Shown: positions 13,992-26,855 of the stretch, piece after piece | Layout: each line of letters starts with the position of its first letter | Position numbering within the stretch: position 1 is the stretch's first letter | Assembly (NCBI GenBank): GCA_021613535.1 | Contig: CP075495.1 | Location: 10,540,001-10,604,000 of the forward strand | Origin: Adineta vaga | Taxonomy: Eukaryota > Animalia > Rotifera | Direction of reading: 5' to 3' | DNA: 64,000 nucleotides | Translations under genes and position numbers: made by a program | The notes under the pieces: model-generated | What the model was told of the DNA's origin: nothing | The model's input: only the letters and a program-made list of their open reading frames with translations | Database searches by the model: none

Positions 13992-14630
13992 GTTACTGTT
14001 ACTGTTATTCGGACTGATTAAGTTCCAAAGCCAATCTGTAAATCCACGTCTATCATGATGTTTTTGATGACGTTTTCTATTGATCATACTTCGTTTCAAT
14101 CGTCGTTGATGATAATGATGTTTATAGAGTTTATCTAAACTACGACGTACAGAATTTTCATCATAAGTTTTGTCATCCAGAAGACGTCGTCGTAAACTAG
14201 TCGATACAATTAATCCTTTTTTTAATGAATTGAATTCATCTAATGTCCAATCAGCAAATTCATTTAATTCTAATTCAAATGTACGTAATGCATTGAGATT
14301 AGATTCCAAAACATATTTTAAATGATCACGAAATAAACGAAAACGTTGTTTTTCCTCTTCTAAAATAAAAGAAATGCAAATTCGAATATTAGTTTATCGA
14401 GCAATTACGTACCCAAAGATGAATAAGCACGACCATAGTTTGATTTAAAATATGACCACATACGACTGACTGCTGAATCATTCAGACTTAACATTCCTTC
14501 GAATTTAAATTTTGCCGCATCAACAAAACTATCAACGTAATCTTGAAATGATGAACTACTAAATAATCCTTGAACTGGTGCACATAAACTGATTAAACAT
14601 ATAGCTGAGAATAATCCATTGCAACTTCAT
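13272..14630 (-). CDS. Papain-family (C1A) cathepsin L-like cysteine protease with I29 propeptide; intron 14360-14412; apparent 1-nt frame break in the signal peptide near 14609
   Basis: ERFNIN-like EEKQRFRLFRDHLKYVLESN, LNEFAD, FDWR, QQNCGCCYAF (catalytic Cys), CNGG, DHAMVVVGYG (His), YWIIKNSW (Asn). Confidence 0.92.
13957..14008 (-). repeat. AAT/AAC microsatellite encoding poly-Asn at the cathepsin pro/mature junction
   Basis: (TTA)n on the plus strand; encodes [17 protein letters not shown]. Confidence 0.85.
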
Positions 14631-16513
14631 CTTATGTTACTAGAAAAACGTAAAATGATGAATAATCAGAAAATATTTAATATTTATATGACATACAGTT
14701 CTTTACATACTCTGTCATTATTATATGAGTATACGGCGAACGATTCTGTTTTTTTTTCTCTCTCATCTTATTTTCTAATATCCAGGTGTATTTTGTACGA
14801 CTAAATATTTCGCTTCCAGTGCTTGAGAAAGGGTACATATTTTTTGCAAAAAAAACAAAATGCATGATCCTCCATAACGATTACATGCTCTCTTTCATGA
14901 TATTTAATCGATCATATATCGAACAAGAACCATAGAAATACATTGTATAGCATCGATGATTGTATGATGGCTGTGCAAAGACTGATTCATATTAGTAATG
15001 GAATATAATTGTAATGATTGTTGATCAGTAATATTTATCGATGGCAGAAAAGTTATATCGTATATTTATTGTTTTTTCAATCACACATTTAATATTTGAA
15101 CGTTATTTAACGTATTTATGAAGTTACATTTCACACTGAGTACTATTTGGGTTTCTTTACTTCGTATGATAAATATTGATTGAAATATTTCTTTACTTGA
15201 TATAATTCGTCTTTTCATTCGTTAACAAGGTTGATAATACATGAAATGAAAAAATCTATATATTTTTATGGTTTCATTTATCATGACATAGTAGACATGT
15301 TAATACAATTTATTTGATATTTTTAAAACAAGACTAGAGAAAAGTCCAATATCCACGTAGTGAAATTAGTATGTCATGAAAGAGCATAATAATTTATCTA
15401 TAATTTTATTCAATATTATTGTGTGCAATTCATTACAGACGTTATTCAAGATAATATGAAGTCGACCAAGTGAAAAAAAATCATGATACTCCTCGCATAA
15501 ACTAAATAAAATATAGTTCTTGAAATCTTTCTCGTTGTGATTTGTTTCCAAAGTATCGTCGTAAATTGCACTTGCTGATGTTCTTATACTGACTTTCTCT
15601 TTTGTCAGAGTTATTGCTGCTGTCATATTTCTTACAATCGTAGCAAGATACAGAGCACGTTGAATTCTCACACTATTTCTTCTTGCAAACTTGTGATGCA
15701 CCGATCTCATAGGTTCTAAAGCGACGATTATTTACTTTTTGTTAGTTGTGCTGCATTGTTACATGTCTTTGGTACAATGTATTTATAGTTGGTACTAGAC
15801 AACATCGATACCTTCGATCATCATTCCTCCATAATTGATCGCTTTCTTATTGCCATTATCTGTTTAATCAAATATTATAATCATACTAAATAGTTGTATA
15901 AGACTAGTCTCTCTGAAAGATATTTACAGTTCTATGATGATTAATTTCAATATTACTATCCATGCTATCATTATACGAAATTACATAAGAAACAAAACAA
16001 AAATTTAGACAAAATCTCGCTGAATTATAACAAATGTGTCGAGAAATACTGATGTTAAAGCGTATTGATATACTTTTATTTGACTTGTTGATGTTTGGTT
16101 TTCCTATGCAGTGTTTTCGTTCATGCACAGCGTATAGTAACAGTATTTAGTTGTAGATCGATAGCACGTGGCATTATTTTAATATTTTTACTTGTCGCCG
16201 ATCAACAAGACAACTTCAATATATACAAATAGCCTTACCTCGTCAAAAATAAACTAGTAAATATTTCTCATATTATATCAGTCATACATGTGCTGTTTTC
16301 TAGTAATAAAGAAACTTAAAATCTGTATATTGTTGCTTTCTTAGTCAGTATAGTGAGAATATAATCCATGTCAAAGATCGACAGAAATTATTTTCATGTG
16401 GTAACGACTCTGTGAATATACTTCTGATTATAACAGATTTCATCGCAATAGTACGAAGAAAACAAAAATTAACTTGAAATTTATTTCTCTCTCAGAGATT
16501 ACAATTTATGAAT

Positions 16514-17785
16514 TTAGATTTTGTCAAATTTTTGTATACGATGATTGTTTTTGTCTGCTGCGTAGAGATTAATTTGTTGATCAAGCACGATCGATACAGG
16601 TTCATTAAGAAGAATTAAACTACTATCAGAGACTTCTGTAGTATCAACAATGGTTGCACCAGATGATTGTCCAGACAAGAAAAGTTGTATGCGATGATTT
16701 TGCGTATCTGCTACATAAACATTACATGAAGCATCGAGTGCTACACCATTAGGACTAGCCAATAAAGTCGATGCAGAACCACAGTATTAACAATGATTAA
16801 ACTATTCGTTGAAGAGTCGAAATAGAGGCCAGTAGGAGTATGCAGTTGTGAAGTACTCAATTCCTGACCATTACCACCAGCAACTAATGGTCCTGTTGAT
16901 GAAGGTGGCGAGAAACTTACTATACGATGATTCATAGTATCTGCAACATAGACAATGCCCGTAAGTGGATTGCGTGTAATACCATACGGAGTATTCAAAT
17001 GACTTAATGAATTGCCGACAGTATCTGTAAATATAAATATAAGTTAGAACAATGAAGACAATGAAGGACGAATTCCTTCTTTATAAATAACCCGATGAAA
17101 TAGTATAGAAATATACATAGAATTTTTCTCTTTGGTGTATTACTAATAGGATTATTTGTTTGATTTAAAAATCGTACTTGTCATGCCAGCTATTGTTGAA
17201 CCAGAAGTTGCTCCACTATATCAAAATTGAATTCGATGATTGCCTGTGTCCGCAACATAAACGTTTCCAGCTGAATCAACAGCTACACCTGTAGCACTAG
17301 TTAACTGATTAGTTGTTGAACCACTCACTCCATTAATTTGTCCGGCTATTGTTGTATCAGTCCATGCATTCAAAGCTTGTTTCTGAATGCGATTGTTACC
17401 AGTATCGGCAATACACAGTGTGTTTAACGAATCTATTAATAGAACAAAAGGAGAATTCAATTGATTTGCTGCAGTTCCTGACACACCGCTTGTTCCAGTA
17501 ACAGTATTTACACTGACATTCCAAGTGAGTGTGATAACAGTAGTGGCTGCAAGATATATTTTGTAATATTAAATTATAAAAATCTTCTAAAATAATCAGA
17601 GATTTCAAAGTATTTTTACTTAGAGACGTAGTTGTTGTTGTTGTAGTTTGTTCTTGGATTAGTGTAATGAGAGTATAAATAGCAATACCTAATGCTAGCA
17701 AAGAAAGCACGCCGATAATTGATAAAGCTGTTATCAATGGTATACACCATTTTTTCATTCCACTAATCAAGCTTGTTTCTGACAC
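16514..17785 (-). pseudogene. Membrane-anchored NHL-repeat protein pseudogene
   Basis: N-terminal TM and Thr-rich stalk, then repeated VYVADTGNHRIQ-type NHL motifs. In-frame TGA at 17221-17223 (NHRIQF*YSGATSG, where Trp is expected) and a frameshifting deletion near 16780. Confidence 0.8.
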
Positions 17786-20700
17786 TCTAAATCATTCAAT
17801 ATTAGTGTAAAATTAAATGATGTGATGCAAAATTTTTAGAAGCTTGTTCAGAAAGTATTTCAGATCGATCAATTGATATTCGTTTATAATCTTGTTCAGT
17901 GTGAACAGGTATGATCTTCAAAGATAATATTATTTGAGTTTACTACTTGTGAAGTATATTGAGATAGTTTCGGTTTTTGAACATATACTTGTCGAATAGT
18001 TCGATACATATTTTCATAATAAACAACCACGGCTAATGCAATGGGATAGTTGATGAAGTAAATTCGAGTGCATTTATTTTTCGTTGACAGAGAACAAAAT
18101 TATGTTATTATAACAAATTCATCCAGTAAACCTCTGCAAATATTGTAAGTTATTTATTACAAAATCATCAGGAAAAAATTTCAATACAAGTTGTTATTTT
18201 AGCCAGAAGTATTAGATTATTAGAACATCTGGTTAAATATTTTCCTATCAGAAGAAATAGAGCTTCACAAACAAAAACATTTTCCTCCATAAACTCGTCA
18301 ACTAGCTTAATTATTCTAACAAAATAGCATAGTTTCAAGAATATACAAGAAATCAACATGTCAGATTAATTTTGTTCTTTTCTATAATTGAGATAAATCA
18401 GAGCAGCATTAAAATACATCTCGCATGCATATAAATATTTTGACAGTAAAAGTGACATTAACTTAGATGTATCTTCAATCAATAGAAAATCGTCAGAATA
18501 TATTGAATAAAAAACTTTCGTACAAATAAGACTAATTGGATAACATTGAATATCGATATCTATATTTAATCATCGAATCAATTGTTGAGAAGTCATTTAT
18601 CCTGTCAGTGATCTGTATCCTCATTCCATCTAATAAGAACTTTTTTGTTTTGAATAAAGAAAGAAAAATAATATGTATCTAAGTTATGATGTAATCTCAT
18701 TTGTCACATGAACTAAGTTATCTCGAATATTCATGACTTAGAATGGCGATCTTACATCATCCATTACTAGATATCGTTTTTCTTGTTTTATTAATGATGA
18801 ACAGATTAGTTTTCATAATTATATCTATGAATATTTGTTCAATACGTTTGATATTGTTGATAACGTGTGAAATAGAATTGTCGTTGGTAATATAAAAATC
18901 GTTTTTGTTTGGGTTTTTTTTCTGATTAATTCAAGGGGTTATTTCTTTCTAAAACAACATGATTAACAATAGACAACTCAATCATTTATTCAAATGAGCC
19001 AAGTTCGACTCATTCTATTTATTGATCGATCAATATTAATGATGGAAATCTTTCAAATATGTTCTCAAGTCGTTTTGATAAGTTTTACAAATCAAATATC
19101 TGAATAGAAAGTAAGAGAATCGATTAAAACAACAACAGATAAATGACTATTGTCTATAACAAAGAGGAAATAAATGCATATAAACGACATTGAAGAAGAA
19201 CAACAACAACGACGATAATAGTTGGCAATCCAAAGAAAAGGGACAAGGACTCAGACGTTATTCTTTACTCTCACGCGCACACTAGAAGCATTCAATGTCT
19301 ATACTCTTCTAGAATATCGATAGTAGCAAACGAAAAAAACAACAATTCGAGTAGATCATTTGCATACAAAAAGAAGCCAGAGAATATATTTCTTAATGTT
19401 GTTGATGAACTCTCTTTGTCGTTTTGGATAATCAAATTTTTGTTGGCTTTAGAAAAGCTAATCACTTGTCGTTTTTCTGTCTTTTCGCGAATGTATACAA
19501 ACATATTATGACTTTTTTAAAAGTACTCAGCCATGTGTACATGATATTATTTGACAAAACAAACGATACCAGAACGCTCACATTGACATTCGTTTAGTTT
19601 TATTTTCTCTCTATATATACATATTCTTTCTTTTTAATAAAAAGAAATAAACATAGATTGATCTAGACGGTTTTGTTTGATTAGAATACTCAAAAAAAGA
19701 CACATAAGTGTCACTTATTTCTGTCGCATGCTTTCTTAGTCTATTTTCTTTGATTAATTAAACTCAAAAACATCTACTCATCGATAATCATAAGAATACG
19801 AATAAGAAAATTCATCTTCATCAAAAGTATGACTTTTAGATTGATTTTGTCTTGCCTTATCTTATTCATATCTACTAGTGAAAAGAAACTGTTCTTTTAA
19901 TCAACATCGTCATCAATGCCCTGCAGAAAAACAAGTACAGATAGAACATATATATCGAATTATTCGAGATGATGCATTTCCTTTTTTTTTGCTCTCTTCG
20001 TGGTAGATGCTTGTCTACTCTTTTCTATTTGTCCATTATGATAAGCAGACAATCATTCAAAAACATTACATATGTATATTCGAATGACAAAATCGATCAA
20101 TGAAAGTATCCATCTTGCAGATCAAAAATATAGATGAAGAAAATTTGATGCATTTGTAATGTTAGATTACGTTATGTATCCCATTCTTTCTCTTCTTCTT
20201 CTTCTTCTTCTTCTATCTTCAAGCATATTGTCTGTTTTCATTTCATTAGTTTGCCTCTAAACAATAGTAGTAATATTCTCATCTGGTTCTCTTACAGTGA
20301 TTCTCTATTACCAAAGGGAAAATTTTAGTAATGTAAGGAAATATTATTGTCGTCATCCCAGCTCATCATATGTTAAAACGAATGAGGTCAACAGGGAAAG
20401 AAGAAAAAAAGAAGACGAAGAAAATATGGATTCATATCATCATCCCGACCATGTCAGAAAATAGAGAGCAGCTGTCCTCTATTTGAACAATTGGCTAAAC
20501 GATGGGTGACGACTGAAGTATATGAGTAAGGAAGAATAGTAACTTCTGGCATGAATGACGTGCGTATGTATACATATATGTGTGTACAATTAATCTGTCC
20601 AAATAGAAATAAACATAATCAGTGAGTATGAGAGAAATGGATGAATGGTATATAACACATCAGTTTTCTTTTGTATACTATTATTCAACTTGATAATGCC

Positions 20701-22031
20701 GAGTTCGATCGATTAGCATAGAGATACATTAGTTGAAGAACAAATAACACATTAGCACAGAAATTCGTTACCTGTCTCCTAATTTATGTCCATATAACAA
20801 ATTATCTTTCTCGTCTATCTCTAAATTTCTATGTTGATATTTGAAGGTAATTGAAAGTCTATTTGTAGTTAACGATAAGACTCGAGTATGAAAAGAAAAT
20901 CTATTTCTATCTTATAATCCATCAATTTCTATCATCATCATCGTTGTCGTTCTAATGAAGATAATTCATTAATACACAGCTGTTATTCGAAGTTTTTCAG
21001 AAGACTTTTTCTTAAAAAAAAAGAAAGGAGAAGAAAGTCTTCACATCCGGGGATGTTCATTGAATCTATTCCATGTTCTAAATTAATATGATAATGAAGC
21101 ATGAAAATAATAGTTATTTTTCTCCGTGTTTTTTTTCTGATTAGAATAAAGTAAGATGGATAATCTTGTGAAAAGAAAAACTTATTCATCCACTCATCTA
21201 TCTTTTTCTCCCGAAATAAGAATTAGCTGCTCATACATTATAAGAGAAACTTCAAAAAATCTAATTATTCTTTTCTGTCGATATGATGTTTCTCGTCTTG
21301 TTTTGTTTTCCTCTTCAATTATTACTAATGATAAATACAGATTTACTATATCTAGATATCATTTGTCGAGAGATAGTTCATGCGTAGGTACATATTCAGT
21401 ATTTATATCAGATATAGATCAATTTCTAAGATAATCTAAAAAAAGAGTATATAGTTGTAAAGATATTCAAATCTCTGTCTATTGTGTTAGAAAATAGACA
21501 ACGAGTTGCTATTTTTTTCTCTTTTTCTTTCTTTTTTCCTTCTTATACAGCTCTCTGTTTCTCTTGATATTATTTCTTTCAACACTTCTATTGCTACGAT
21601 GTCTTTGTCATCCTAACAGTATGACTATTGTAATCATACCATTCGGTCTACTAATGGAATGGAAAACGATGTTCTATTGAAGACTGAGGATCATGGTATT
21701 ACTGGTGTGCATCATGTGTTTTTGACGAGCAAAATAGATATTTCTATTTTGCCCCACTCTTTCTTATACGAAAACTTCTTTCAGCATATTAAGTCTTTTG
21801 AGTAGATAGATCGTTATTTGTCTTCGTATAATTACTTAGGAACCTCGTCTAATGCATGAGAGATATTATCGCAATATAAACTATTTCTTTTTAGATTATT
21901 ATCGTCGATTTTGTTCTCTCTTCTGACTCTTTCCGTATCACGACGTCAACTAGTTTTATACTTACCTATACTTTTTCAAGACAATGTTGTGGTTCAATAA
22001 TATCAAATCATACTAGATTTCATCCAATCAA

Positions 22032-23825
22032 ATGGAAATTCATTTACACGAAAACTTCAATCAAACATCATTAGTGCAATCTCATACAGATGATATTATC
22101 CATGATGAATTAAAACTTGGTATTCTAAAAATATGTTTATTTAGTACATTTTTTGTATTGGGATTAATTGGTAATTCATTGGTACTTGTTGGCATAGGAC
22201 TTAACAAGGGCATGCAGACACCAACGAATCTATTAATATTTAATTTAGCACTTGCTGATATATTATTCATTATTGTTTGTATTCCAACAACGCTATTTAG
22301 TTTTTTTGGTCGTTGGCCTTTTGCTGAATTTGGCTGTAAATTAGGTAAAGAAATGAATAAAGACATTCATTCATTCATTCTTTTCTTATTTATTATTTAA
22401 AACGACCTGTCCTTGTTATTATTGCTTTAGCACAATTCATCAATCATCTATCTGCTTTTATGAGCATATATTTACTTGTATTCATGTCAATTGATCGTTA
22501 CCTAGCTGTCGTTCATGCTATTGATTCGATTGGAAATTATCGAACAACAAAAAACACGACCATTTGGATTATGTACGTCATTGATTTTCTTGTTTTCTCT
22601 TGAGTATTAAAACAAGAGAATAAAACGATTTATCGATAATTACATCTATAGAGTAGGGAAAAGAAAAAAGAAATTTTTTGCTTTGTTTCAGGGCTCTATG
22701 GCTGATTGGCATTAGTGTATCGATGATTATTGGTTCATTATTTACGGTGATACGATTTGGTGGAAATGGATCACCAGTATCCATGTATTGTCTTTTACGC
22801 TATTTACAAATGGATTCTGATAATAGTCCATCTGCATTAACAGCAGCATTGAATACTACAACTCATTTTCCAATACAGAATTCCTCGAGAACATTTCTTT
22901 TATATAATCATACTGTTGAAACATCTTTAAATTCGCCAACACAAGTCATACCTATTGAAGCAAGTCTATATTGGCTTGGTTTTGTTGTGTTTTTATACGC
23001 GCTTCCATTAACAATTATTGTTATTCTCTATGGATTAATGTTGAAATTTTTACGTGGAGCGCGAGGTCAATCTGTCGGAAGAAGTAAACGACGTGCTACA
23101 CGAATGATTCTAGCGGTTGTTTTGACCTATGCTTTCTGTTGGTTTTTAATGCAGTTATCCTTTATTTCAAATGTTATTCTTTCACAAAATATTAGCCACG
23201 ATTTTGCTACTTATATGGATATATTAACAACATTTGCGAATGTTTTTGCTTATCTCAATTCTGTACGTAGAAATTTTTAGAAGAAATTTGTCATTCTCTT
23301 CTGTTATTTTAGTGTACAAATCCAATTCTTTATGGTTTTATGTCGAAAAATTTTCGATCATCATTCATTGATTTACTCTGTTGTCGTTATTCAAAACGGC
23401 GTCGTTGTCGCCATAATGATAGTTTACGAAATCGACGTCCAACAGGAAATATGACAAGTATTCTCAATTCCAAACATCAACAAAGTGATTATAACATGAT
23501 TAGATCATCCGTCTCACATTATTCACAAATGAATCCAACAACTGGAATGTCAACAGCTGGTGGTGATGGTACATTTTCATCATCATCACGTTTAACTACA
23601 GAATTATTACCAAAATATGAGCAACAAGAAACTACAATCAATCATGTACAAAATTTATCAACGGATAATCATAGTTCATGTCATATTACAGTTGGTACAC
23701 AAACAAATAATACGAATGATAAATCACATCGACGACGAAAACATACTGAAAAATCACCAGTTGTCGCATATTCTTCTTTACCAACACAATTGATGGTAAA
23801 AAATACTGGAATGTTATATGCATAA
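22032..23825 (+). CDS. Rhodopsin-class neuropeptide GPCR, allatostatin-A/galanin receptor-like; 4 coding exons
   Basis: GLIGNSLV, MQTPTNLLIFNLALADILF, WPFAEFGCK, MSIDRYLAVVH, SKRRATRMI, CW, and NSCTNPILYGFMSKNFR. Confidence 0.88.
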
Positions 23826-24756
23826 AAAAAGAGAGAGAGAGAGAGAGAAAAAATGTATTTTTATTGTTATATTGTTCATTTGTTTTTCTCAAAGAAAAAA
23901 GATCGATGTTTATAATAAAAAAGAAAAACAATGTTTTGATCCGATTCTATACATTGAATAGCGAATAATTTCATTTGTTTTCGTTTTGAATGAACAAATA
24001 GAATTATATTGATAGTCTTCGATCTAACTGACAGATATTGATTATAATGATAGACATATCTGGACTAAATATCTCTTGACATTTCAATCAAAAATTAATA
24101 CGTTATCGTCAATGATGAACGACGATTTATTTTCTATACTCTATATAAAAAAATGATACTAGAATATTATGATTATTTTTAATCAAGAGATGTTATTTAT
24201 TACTCAGGATATTCTTTTAAGATACATTGTAATGAATTATCTATTAATTAGCGATAGACAGTTACAATTTGTATCATTAACTATAGTATTGATAACATAA
24301 AGACGAATACATTAGTCGATATAACCTCCACAAAAAATATTAGATTTGTATTATTTATTTATTTATTTATTTATTTTCTAAGACCTTTGTTGCAATCATC
24401 TATTGTCTTCTAACCCTTTATTGAATAATTACTATGTCATCGAATATATATAAACAAATCTTTTCTATTAACTAGATATTACCAGACTAAAAGAAATCAT
24501 ATGTTTCTACCTAACTAATATATTCTTACTGTCTCGACCACTATGATTAGGATCACTTATTCTTAATTACCTAGTATATCGTGGAATATGAGAAGATCCA
24601 TTAGCGTTACTATATTTCAAAAATATAAATAAGAAATTATTTAGTGTTGACTGCTAGTACATTCAAATAGAATGGCGATGTTTTTGAACAATTTATAGTG
24701 ATACCTATGAGTAACAACAGGTATTAAGAAAATTCAACAAAACAATAAAAAAGAGA

Positions 24757-24859
24757 CGCTGCGAGTAGGATTCGAACCTACGCGGGAGAACCCATCTGAT
24801 AACTTGTCACGACACTAGGTGATTCAAGTCAGACGCCTTAACCACTCGGCCATCACAGC
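24757..24859 (-). tRNA. tRNA-Ser(UGA) with 22-nt intron (24801-24822)
   Basis: Reverse complement GCTGTGATGGCCGAGTGGTTAAGGCGTCTGACTTGAA[intron]ATCAGATGGGTTCTCCCGCGTAGGTTCGAATCCTACTCGCAGCG. A/B boxes, long variable arm, G discriminator and a downstream T-run terminator. Confidence 0.95.
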
Positions 24860-25322
24860 ACGTTATTTATTTCAAACTACAACGATTAATAGAAGATAAT
24901 CTATGTCATTGTAACCCTTATGTCTTAGTCAATGGTTAAAATTTATACGAACGGCATTGACTAAGAATGGAATTAATGTCAAAAGCGAATGTTTTCATGT
25001 ATATTTTGATACTATGATTATTATGAAATATAATTCTATTGGTTCTGGAATAGTCGAACTTATTATCTTAATGACTGTTAAGTATGAGTCGATGTCGATC
25101 TATATTTAAAAAAACTCATTTATTCTTATAGATCTTTATTTAAAAAAGAATTTTTCAGTTCAGAAACCAATCACATCTTGATTCACTTCAAGTTCACTTG
25201 ACCATCTTTTATTATTAAAGAAAAATAAAGTTGTAATGATTTGTTTTTATTCCATCAGATTATTAATAACAGTTAACGTAAAGTTTCTACGTGTGTAAGA
25301 AAGAACGCGCAAAAAAAAGAAA

Positions 25323-25425
25323 CGCTGCGAGTAGGATTCGAACCTACGCGGGAGAACCCATCTGATAGCTTGTCATGAAACTCTATGATTCAAGTCAGAC
25401 GCCTTAACCACTCGGCCATCACAGC
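25323..25425 (-). tRNA. tRNA-Ser(UGA), second copy, with 22-nt intron (25367-25388)
   Basis: Exons identical to the 24757-24859 copy; intron diverged; followed by a T-run. Confidence 0.95.
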
Positions 25426-25600
25426 ACGTCTATAACATGATTTGGAATTGATATCAATAATCACTGCTAGTATGTTATATACAGATTTGAAACGTATTTT
25501 CAAAATATAAAATTATGGATCCTTCGAATTGGATATTTAAAATTCAACTATTTTTATTTATAATTTATACAAAAGAAATCGATAAGTGTCTTTTTTTTCT

Positions 25601-26341
25601 TTAATGTTTTTTCGAACTAATATTATGTCTTTTTAAATGCCAACCACAGTATGTTTGATTACAACATTTACATTCTTTTTGCCATGTATCTGTTCCACAA
25701 GTAAAACATTTTCGTTGAATCGATCGTGGATATTCTGGTTTCGTTGTAATTACAGGTGGTGTTATGGAAGATGGTGCTATTAATGGCTCTTGTTTTTCAT
25801 CTTTCGAATTATTATCAGTAAGAAGTTTTACTTGTATAGAACTTTTCCAATCTATTGGTTGTGAAACAACTTCAATTTGAGGATGATATTTATTATTCTG
25901 AATTCCGTCATCAATTTGATCGATTTGATGAGTTAATTTTTCAATATCTTCTTCGATAAAATTTTCGTGTTCCATTTTTTGTTGAATAATTTCAGTTATT
26001 GTATTTAATTGTTGTTCAATTTTATTTTGTGCTTGTTTAGCAATTGTATCTAATTGTTTTCTTGTTTCATCTGCAGTTCTTCTAATTTGTTCTTTCATTT
26101 CTTGTTCCCATTCATCAATCGTATTCCAAGCATCAAATTTTGTTGGATTAAATGTTGGAACAATAGTTTCATAATAATATTCTTGTAAGATATTTCGTCG
26201 AGTAACGACATTTTCTAATTCAATTGAAAGATTCTGACGATGTGTTTGAAAATGTTTAACACAAAAGATTTTTTTACATCCAAGACAAGGTACTATACCT
26301 TCTTGTTTATCACAATCGGGACATAAAGAAGTTGTCGCCAT
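25601..26341 (-). CDS. Intronless B-box-like zinc finger/coiled-coil protein
   Basis: CPDC-x7-CLGCKKIFCVKHFQTH followed by a long coiled coil; a second C/H cluster (CFTC...CKCCNQTYCGWHLKRH) at the C-terminus. Confidence 0.75.
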   Translation of the reverse strand: MATTSLCPDCDKQEGIVPCLGCKKIFCVKHFQTHRQNLSIELENVVTRRNILQEYYYETIVPTFNPTKFDAWNTIDEWEQEMKEQIRRTADETRKQLDTIAKQAQNKIEQQLNTITEIIQQKMEHENFIEEDIEKLTHQIDQIDDGIQNNKYHPQIEVVSQPIDWKSSIQVKLLTDNNSKDEKQEPLIAPSSITPPVITTKPEYPRSIQRKCFTCGTDTWQKECKCCNQTYCGWHLKRHNISSKKH

Positions 26342-26855
26342 TATGATCGATGTTGTGTAGGTAATACTAAAACAAATCTTTTGTTCGTTCTTACATATGT
26401 TTACCTGTTCTTTTTACTAAAGAAATAGAAGATAGAGGGCATTGATTGAGTATAGAAATTGTTGCTTACAATTTTGAAGAAACAACATCAAGTCATATAT
26501 TCAATATCATATAGATATGTTTGAAGTATCTGATTGAAAAATATCTTATACATTAGGTAAATAATGATTTTCGTTATACTGAACAATACTTGATGATATA
26601 CTTTCTTATTAAATCTATTTACCAAATTAAAAGGTCGATCGAAAAAAATTGATGTATTCGATATTCTGATAAGATCTTACATACAAATATAGCCTAGAGG
26701 ATTAAAATTATATCATATTGAAAATTTGCGTGATTGTTATCATTACATACATGTGCCACATAGAGCATAACAAAGAAATGAATCTCAATGGAATTTATTA
26801 GAGATGAAAAAATATTTTATTGGCGCTGTTTTTTTGTTCAAATTAATGAATTAAT

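Noticed and set aside
17221-17223. TGA as selenocysteine, readthrough or an alternative genetic code, with the 'UGA' tRNAs acting as suppressors
   Set aside because: The gene has a second lesion, other genes here use TGA as stop, and a tRNA with anticodon UGA reads UCA (Ser), not the UGA codon.
18600-22000. Short ORFs in the track (19292, 20983, 21156) and similar Phe/Lys-rich ORFs at 28-31 kb and 33-34 kb
   Set aside because: Low-complexity translations of AT-rich intergenic or UTR DNA, with no motifs or splice support.
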